DNA of 60,000 nucleotides from a bacterium (GTDB taxonomy: Bacteria; Verrucomicrobiota; Kiritimatiellia; RFP12; UBA1067), in the NCBI GenBank assembly GCA_030537465.1, contig JAUNMP010000002.1, forward strand, positions 1-60,000. Direction: 5' to 3'. This document shows positions 54,782 through 60,000 of the stretch, piece by piece. The notes beneath the pieces are model-generated. The model searched no databases and was not told where the DNA came from. It worked only from the letters and a program-made list of their open reading frames with translations. Each line of letters opens with the position of its first letter. The first letter of the stretch is position 1. The position numbers and the translations under genes are program-made.

Positions 54782-56178
54782 GTCACTTCTCCTTTGTTCG
54801 TCTGTTGCCTTCTCTTCAAATCCAGATACCAGGCCCCCTGGCGAATGTTCCCGAGGACCTCGTCGCAGTAACTCGGGTCCATCCGGAACGTGCCGTCCTC
54901 GCGGGCCACCGCCCAGGGACACGGCCCGCCGCAGATCCGGTACGCCCAGCACTTCGAGCAGGTCTCCTTCACGCAGGCGCGCCAGTTCCGCCAGAACGCC
55001 CGACAGCGATCAAGGTCGGGGCCCTCCGCCATCGTTCCGACCACCCAGTCCTTCATGCCGACGAAGCGGTGGCAGGGATAGAGCGTTCCGTCCGCCCCGA
55101 CCGTCGTCGTGCCGCGGCAGGCCCCGCAGCGGAATGGCGACACGCCCGGCGCACGCGCGCAGACCTGGTCCTCCTCGAGATCGGAAAAGGGATTGTACTT
55201 CGGCTCCCGTCCCGACGCGACCTCGTCCAGCATCCAGGGCACGACCTCGTCCGCCGTCTGGCGTTCCATCTGCCTGCGGTCCTCCGCCGTGAAATCGCAC
55301 GCGCTCGGGAAAATCGGATTGGAGACCGGCCCCAGAACGATGCGCGTGAAGCCGAATCCGTCGAAGAAGCGGATCAGCTTCATCAGATCCGGAACGGGAT
55401 GCGCCATCGTGCAGCGCACGGTCACGCGGCTGCGGCGCTTCATCAAGCGGCGGATGCCGGCTGTCGCGAGGTCCCACGACCCGTTGCCGTCGCGCGTCGG
55501 ACACTGCGCGTCGTGCAGCTCCTGCGGACCGTCCAGGCTCACCATCAGCCCGAAGTTGTAGGTCTTGATGAGATCGATCGCCTCGTCGTCGAGCAGCGTG
55601 CCGTTCGTCGTCATCACGTATTCGGCCTTCACCCCACGCTCCGCGGCGAGCTTCTGGCTGAGCGCGATCGCCTCCTTCATCACCTGCTTGTTGAGCAGCG
55701 GCTCCCCGCCGAAGAACGTGATGGAGACGTCGTCCTTTCCGCTGTGGGCGAACAGCCATTCGACGGCCCGTCGTGCGATTTCGGACGGCATCAGCCCGCT
55801 GTTCGGCACCTCGTCGCGGCAGGTCCCGCAATAACAGTACCGGCAGGCGAGGTTGCACCGCTCTGAAAGCGACAGCTCCAGCCTGCTCCAGTTCTCCGAA
55901 TACCTGCGCGCCAACGCCTCCTCGAATTCGGAATCCCCACAAAGCTCTGCCTCAACAGGCTGGAAGAATCCATTCGCCTCCAGCGTCCCGACCTCCGCCA
56001 GCACGTCCACCGCAGCCGGATGCCGTGCGCGGAACTTCGCCTCCACTTCGTCCTTCGAGAACGTCTGCCGCAGCTCCAGGTAGTCGTAGGCGGCACGCGA
56101 GATGGACATGAACTTTCCGAGGGCCCGATGGTAGACGAACGGCACACCCCGATACTCGAAGAGATGATAGGGCGTCAT
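54778..56178 (-). CDS. Radical SAM/SPASM-domain peptide-modifying enzyme with an N-terminal RRE-like extension
   Basis: 466 aa. CNLACRYC (Cx3Cx2C) at residues 108-115. C-terminal auxiliary-cluster cysteines (CGACRG...YPCHRF...CSKCWAYRICGGPCPW). About 100 aa precede the rSAM core. Confidence 0.8.
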   Translation of the reverse strand: MTPYHLFEYRGVPFVYHRALGKFMSISRAAYDYLELRQTFSKDEVEAKFRARHPAAVDVLAEVGTLEANGFFQPVEAELCGDSEFEEALARRYSENWSRLELSLSERCNLACRYCYCGTCRDEVPNSGLMPSEIARRAVEWLFAHSGKDDVSITFFGGEPLLNKQVMKEAIALSQKLAAERGVKAEYVMTTNGTLLDDEAIDLIKTYNFGLMVSLDGPQELHDAQCPTRDGNGSWDLATAGIRRLMKRRSRVTVRCTMAHPVPDLMKLIRFFDGFGFTRIVLGPVSNPIFPSACDFTAEDRRQMERQTADEVVPWMLDEVASGREPKYNPFSDLEEDQVCARAPGVSPFRCGACRGTTTVGADGTLYPCHRFVGMKDWVVGTMAEGPDLDRCRAFWRNWRACVKETCSKCWAYRICGGPCPWAVAREDGTFRMDPSYCDEVLGNIRQGAWYLDLKRRQQTNKGEVT

Positions 56179-57350
56179 GGCGTCATGTCCTTTCCGTCCA
56201 GGCGCAGACGCCGGACCTTCCCGTCCTCCGCATACCAGCGCTCCTCGCGCGCCGGGAGGGAATTCCCTTCACGTTCTTCGGTTCCCCGCGAAAGGCGGTG
56301 GAAGACAATCCGACGCCTGCTGTCGTACGAATAGTCGTTCCGGTGCAGGAGCGCGCCCTTCCGCGTCTTCTCCGACCAGCGCATCAGGCCATACAGGTCG
56401 CCGGCCGGGAACCGCGCCCACTTGTACTGCGTGCCATCCGCTTCGCGGTACTCTCCCTTCCCATTTGCCAGATTGAACCAGTAGAACTCCTGGCGCCCAT
56501 CAAGATTCAGTCGGCTGATGGACGGATTGTTCCACTCGGGCTTCCGCTCCCCGAACGTGTAGCTCCAGCCCCCATAGGAACCAAGCCTCTTCGAATACCG
56601 GTCCCACGTCACGGTCAGGTCGCCGACCTTGAGCGACTCGGCGTTTCCGACGACCCCTCGGGTGAAGGTCTTCCGCAACCCGTCCGGCCACGTCATCGAC
56701 AGACTGTCCGCCCCCCGCTCCACAGCCACCGAGCCCTTGCCCGCGAATTGGAACTCAGCCTTCGAGCCCCCACGGGCGTCGCGCACCACGGTGAGCAGAT
56801 TCTGCCCCCGGCTGTTGATCTTCTCGAGATGCCGGCCGGAGTATCCGAAGTCGAATGTTCCCTCCTCCGTCTTCATCCGGGCCAGGCGTCCCTTCCGGAA
56901 CGACAGCACGATCCGTTCGCCACCACCGATGTCGCCCTGCAGGGAGATCTCGTCGCCCTTCGCGCGTCCGGACCAGACCCGGGGACTGGTCAGAACCTCG
57001 GGATTGTCCCGGCTCACGCGGATGTCGCGCTTCAGGCCATCCGGCTGGAGGAACTCGTAGGTCTTCTCGTCCACCGGCATGATCCGACTCTCCAGCAGCG
57101 GAATATGCCACCCGGGGCCCAGAACACCATGTGGAGCCGACTCGTCCGAAGTCCAGTACGCATAGAGCGGAATGGCCCCAACGTCGCCGAGCTTCTCGAC
57201 CAGAAAGGCCCGTCCCGCCGCGTCGACGCCCTCGAAGGGCCCCGCAAGTCCACTGAGCCGATCGAAGAGAAAGCTCTCCGCCATCGCCGACAACGCCAGC
57301 AAGGCCCCAAGCCCTCCAAGGACCAACCGTATGGACGACAGATGCGTCAT
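56175..57350 (-). CDS. Secreted beta-rich hypothetical protein with YD/RHS-like repeat remnants
   Basis: The ATG at 57350 overlaps the upstream stop (ATGA). Signal peptide MTHLSSIRLVLGGLGALLALSAMA. NDYSYDSRRRIVFH is a YD-like motif. Confidence 0.55.
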   Translation of the reverse strand: MTHLSSIRLVLGGLGALLALSAMAESFLFDRLSGLAGPFEGVDAAGRAFLVEKLGDVGAIPLYAYWTSDESAPHGVLGPGWHIPLLESRIMPVDEKTYEFLQPDGLKRDIRVSRDNPEVLTSPRVWSGRAKGDEISLQGDIGGGERIVLSFRKGRLARMKTEEGTFDFGYSGRHLEKINSRGQNLLTVVRDARGGSKAEFQFAGKGSVAVERGADSLSMTWPDGLRKTFTRGVVGNAESLKVGDLTVTWDRYSKRLGSYGGWSYTFGERKPEWNNPSISRLNLDGRQEFYWFNLANGKGEYREADGTQYKWARFPAGDLYGLMRWSEKTRKGALLHRNDYSYDSRRRIVFHRLSRGTEEREGNSLPAREERWYAEDGKVRRLRLDGKDMTP

Positions 57351-58171
57351 CCAATCCCTCGCTCCAGTTCCGCCCACGCCGACGAGAACTTCTTCAGGTA
57401 CTCGCCCCCCGGCTTCGCCGCCTCGACGACGATGAGGTCACGCACGCGCTGCTGCTCGACCACGTACTGCTCGGTCGTGAAAGTTCCCTTGAAGTGCTCC
57501 ACCCGCAGCCACAGCAGATAGGTCGTGAGCGCGTCGAACACGTTGTACTGCACGATCTCGCGTACCTTGCCCCCGTAGAACAGTCCCGCCACGTCGTCCC
57601 CCGTGGTGTCGAGTTTACCGGGGATTCCGCAGAGGTTCGCGATTTCGTTGAGGGAGCAGTTGTAGCCCTTCCCGCGGCCGCCGACCAGCTCCATCAGGTC
57701 GTAGGCGTTCATCTCCCAGGGCTTGCACTCCATCTGGTGCGCGAAGGACGGCAGGCGCAGTCCGTTCACGATCGCCCGCTGGGCGAGGATGTGCATGTCG
57801 GCGTTCTTCGAGTTGTAGCCGACCAGAAGCGGATTCGCCGTGCCGAACTTCTCGAGATAGCGCCTGAGGATGTCCGCTTCGGCGAGGGACTTGTCCTCGG
57901 GATTCTCGGGCAGCGCCCAGAGATGGAGCTTGACGCCGCCATCCTGCTCCTCCACGCGGACCACAGTTGCGATGGAGACGATGCGGCAGAGCACGGTCTT
58001 GAGGAACGGCTGGGGATTGGTCTCTCGGTCGAAGTCGGGACCGTTCTCCCACATCACCCGCATCACCTCGTCATCCGGAACATCCACGCCGAGATGGTAG
58101 AGGCGGCGCCCCGCCGTCATGTCGGGGGCCCACTCGCAGTCAAATGCCCAGACCTGTCGCTTCACCGCCAT
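57347..58171 (-). CDS. DEDDy 3'-5' exonuclease related to the PolB exonuclease domain (PF10108/COG3298-like)
   Basis: ExoI FDCEW, ExoII YNSKNADMHIL and ExoIII YNVFDALTTY motifs, 274 aa. Confidence 0.65.
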   Translation of the reverse strand: MAVKRQVWAFDCEWAPDMTAGRRLYHLGVDVPDDEVMRVMWENGPDFDRETNPQPFLKTVLCRIVSIATVVRVEEQDGGVKLHLWALPENPEDKSLAEADILRRYLEKFGTANPLLVGYNSKNADMHILAQRAIVNGLRLPSFAHQMECKPWEMNAYDLMELVGGRGKGYNCSLNEIANLCGIPGKLDTTGDDVAGLFYGGKVREIVQYNVFDALTTYLLWLRVEHFKGTFTTEQYVVEQQRVRDLIVVEAAKPGGEYLKKFSSAWAELERGIG

Positions 58172-58178
58172 CCCGGCC

Positions 58179-59282
58179 TCACTTTCCCGCCACGGCGCCG
58201 CGGACGATCGCCTCGTAGGCGTCCGCCTGCTCCTCCATGGACTTCACCATCTTGAACTGGGTGCGGCACCGCACGAGGTTGTGGTCCTCGCACGTCGTGT
58301 GGAAATAGACGTCGCCCGCCAGATAGTCCGTGAGGAACCTGACGCCGATCGTGAACGTGATGAGCCGCCCCGAGAACGCGAGGTTCTCGAGCTCGGCGTC
58401 GTTGAGGAACTTCGCCTCGGAGAGATAGCCCTTCACGAGCTGTTCGAAGTACTCCTTGCGCGAGAACACCTTCGAAAGGTCGCGCTCGTCCTCGGCGGCC
58501 GCGGCCGTCGACGTGCGCACCATGTCGCCGAAGTCGTAGAGCGCGCAGCCCGGCATCGTCGTGTCGAGGTCGATCACCGCCACGCCCTCGTTCGTCACGT
58601 CGTCAAGCATTACGTTATTGATCTTCGTGTCGTTGTGCGTGATGCGCTCGGGAATCGCCCCGCTCGCCATCAGGTCGAGGATGCGTCTCGCCTCGGCGCG
58701 ATGCGCCTCGACGAACGCCATCTCCTCGGCGACGTCCTTGAGGCGCCCCTTCACGTCGGCCTTCGCCGCCGCATCGAGCTGCGCGAGGCGGGCCCGCGTG
58801 TCGTGGAAGTGCGGAATGATGTCGTGGAGGCGCGGCTCGGGAAGATCCGCCAGATCGTTCTGGAACTTCGCGAACGCCTGCGCGACCTTGAACGCCTGCT
58901 CGGGCTTCTCGATGAGATCGACCGTGCGGGCTCCCTCGATGAAGACGTACTGACGCCACGGCTTCGTGTAGTCCATCACCGTGAGCGTGCAGCGCGGATT
59001 GTCCGGATGCTTCGAGCGAATATGCGCCGTCACGCGGCGGATGTTCTCCATCAGCGCATCCGCGTCCGGGAAGATCGACGTGTTGATCTTCTGGAGGATG
59101 TACTTCGGTCCCTCGGGACACGTCACGAGATATGTCTCGTTGATATGCCCGCTTCCATATCTCTCAATTGTCGGCTGCATGACGGGAAGTATACCACAAA
59201 ACCATTTTCGGTGCCGTGGAATCGCGCTGATAGAATCTAAGAATGTTCGAATGGATTGTTTCCCGAATGTTTCCCGAATCAT
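58179..59282 (-). CDS. nahK: N-acetylhexosamine 1-kinase (NahK/LnpB-like APH-fold kinase)
   Basis: Extensive block similarity to Bifidobacterium NahK (YGSGHINETYLV, ILQKINTSIFPD, HFHDT, ITHNDTKINNVMLD, VIDLDTTMPG, FLTDYLAGDVYF, EDHNLVRCRTQFKMV). The start is uncertain (ATG at 59282 or 59180). Confidence 0.8.
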   Translation of the reverse strand: MIRETFGKQSIRTFLDSISAIPRHRKWFCGILPVMQPTIERYGSGHINETYLVTCPEGPKYILQKINTSIFPDADALMENIRRVTAHIRSKHPDNPRCTLTVMDYTKPWRQYVFIEGARTVDLIEKPEQAFKVAQAFAKFQNDLADLPEPRLHDIIPHFHDTRARLAQLDAAAKADVKGRLKDVAEEMAFVEAHRAEARRILDLMASGAIPERITHNDTKINNVMLDDVTNEGVAVIDLDTTMPGCALYDFGDMVRTSTAAAAEDERDLSKVFSRKEYFEQLVKGYLSEAKFLNDAELENLAFSGRLITFTIGVRFLTDYLAGDVYFHTTCEDHNLVRCRTQFKMVKSMEEQADAYEAIVRGAVAGK

Positions 59283-59505
59283 TCACAAATCCTTCACACG
59301 ACCGTGAAGAATTTTGAGCAGAACGGGATCGAAAACAGTGTTGGGAAAGGAAAATACGGACATTCTGTGAAAGATTTGTGGGCAAACGAAAAGTCAGGTG
59401 AACCAACGGAAATGTCTTCGGGACCAAAGGGGTGGGGGCGGCAGGCATCCTTTTCCCGATATCGTCCCTTCAGGATCGCCGAATCGAGAATCCGCCTGAC
59501 GATTC

Positions 59506-59564
59506 GGCAGACAGGCAGGCCCGGCAGACCAGTCGGGCAGACCCAAATCAACGAACGGGCAGAC
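59506..59564. repeat. Four direct copies of GGCAGAC(C) at irregular spacing, next to a 9-bp-stem hairpin (59478-59508)
   Basis: GGCAGAC at 59506, 59523, 59536 and 59558. GCCGAATCG-13 nt-CGATTCGGC immediately upstream. Confidence 0.6.
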
Positions 59565-59619
59565 CCCGTGCTTCCATTGCCGCCGATGCCCAGAGTCCTA
59601 AGGAGCGGCGGCGATATGA

Positions 59620-59844
59620 TCACTCAAGAAGGATTTGAATTACCTGTGCGGGCAAACCGTTGGTATACGCGCCCCAATCCGTCGAACGCCTTTCGACTGG
59701 TACCGAAAGTGCAGCGGCGAGCTTCAGCGAATTCGTGATGTCAAATTCGACCGAGTCCTTTTGAAATATACGTACTAGCGTCGTTCTCTTTCGCTCAACG
59801 TCAAAACACGAAGTCCCCTTCACATCAACCAGTTTCATTGCCAA
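59620..59844 (-). CDS. Hypothetical small ORF (74 aa) in a lower-GC segment
   Basis: ORF only. No recognisable motif, and its composition is atypical for the window. It may not be expressed. Confidence 0.2.
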   Translation of the reverse strand: MAMKLVDVKGTSCFDVERKRTTLVRIFQKDSVEFDITNSLKLAAALSVPVERRSTDWGAYTNGLPAQVIQILLE

Positions 59845-60000
59845 CTCCGTCTCGCATCAATCATTTTATATCATCTAGAAACATATTAATTGCGCTGACC
59901 GGCAAAGAATTGGTAAAGATACCTACCTCTTCCCCACGATTATGTACGCAGCGACTCCGCCATCGCCGTCGTGACGGTCACCAACGAAACGGAGAAGGAA

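Noticed and set aside
54778-56178. Anaerobic sulfatase-maturating enzyme (anSME) as the identity of the rSAM/SPASM protein
   Set aside because: This is plausible in a sulfatase-rich PVC organism. However, anSMEs start almost directly with Cx3Cx2C, whereas this protein has a ~100-aa N-terminal extension, is ATGA-coupled to a Cys-rich peptide, and has no sulfatase gene adjacent. It is not fully excluded without phylogeny.

Overview
High-GC (about 60%+) bacterial chromosomal window. The gene content suggests a PVC-superphylum organism (Kiritimatiellota/Lentisphaerota/Verrucomicrobiota-like): a chlamydia-style long GreA, many secreted Sel1/TPR/PATR proteins, and glycan-use genes. About 58 CDS are called, and all but one are on the minus strand. 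Many neighbours are joined by 4-nt ATGA start/stop overlaps. The housekeeping core includes tRNA-Thr-tuf-rpmG-tRNA-Trp-secE-nusG-rplKAJL, ilvBN, aroE, nagB, icd, hisS, proS, miaA, lspA and uvrD. Accessory content: (1) a complete IS4-family element (6491-8478) inserted exactly at the start codon of an RND-adaptor gene, plus the end of a second copy at 1-52; (2) a tripartite HipB-HipS-HipT toxin-antitoxin module with a consensus promoter and operator repeats; (3) a ketose 3-epimerase / sugar-phosphate antiporter / PFK / DUF89 / ribokinase sugar locus. Best candidate for something new: (4) a tightly coupled module (51066-59282) centred on a radical SAM/SPASM enzyme with an N-terminal RRE-like extension, ATGA-coupled to a 97-aa peptide with six Cys and four D-x-C repeats in its C-terminal 58 residues. 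This looks like a thioether RiPP. It sits with secreted proteins, an O-antigen-ligase-like membrane protein, a PolB-type exonuclease and NahK. Unexplained non-coding structure includes a 5x TCTAGA array at 9-bp spacing, RGTTNAA heptamer tracts at three intergenic sites, and a recurring TGTGGTATAMT promoter-like motif that sometimes lies 6-7 nt from an ATG. All homology calls come from motif and sequence recall, not database searches.
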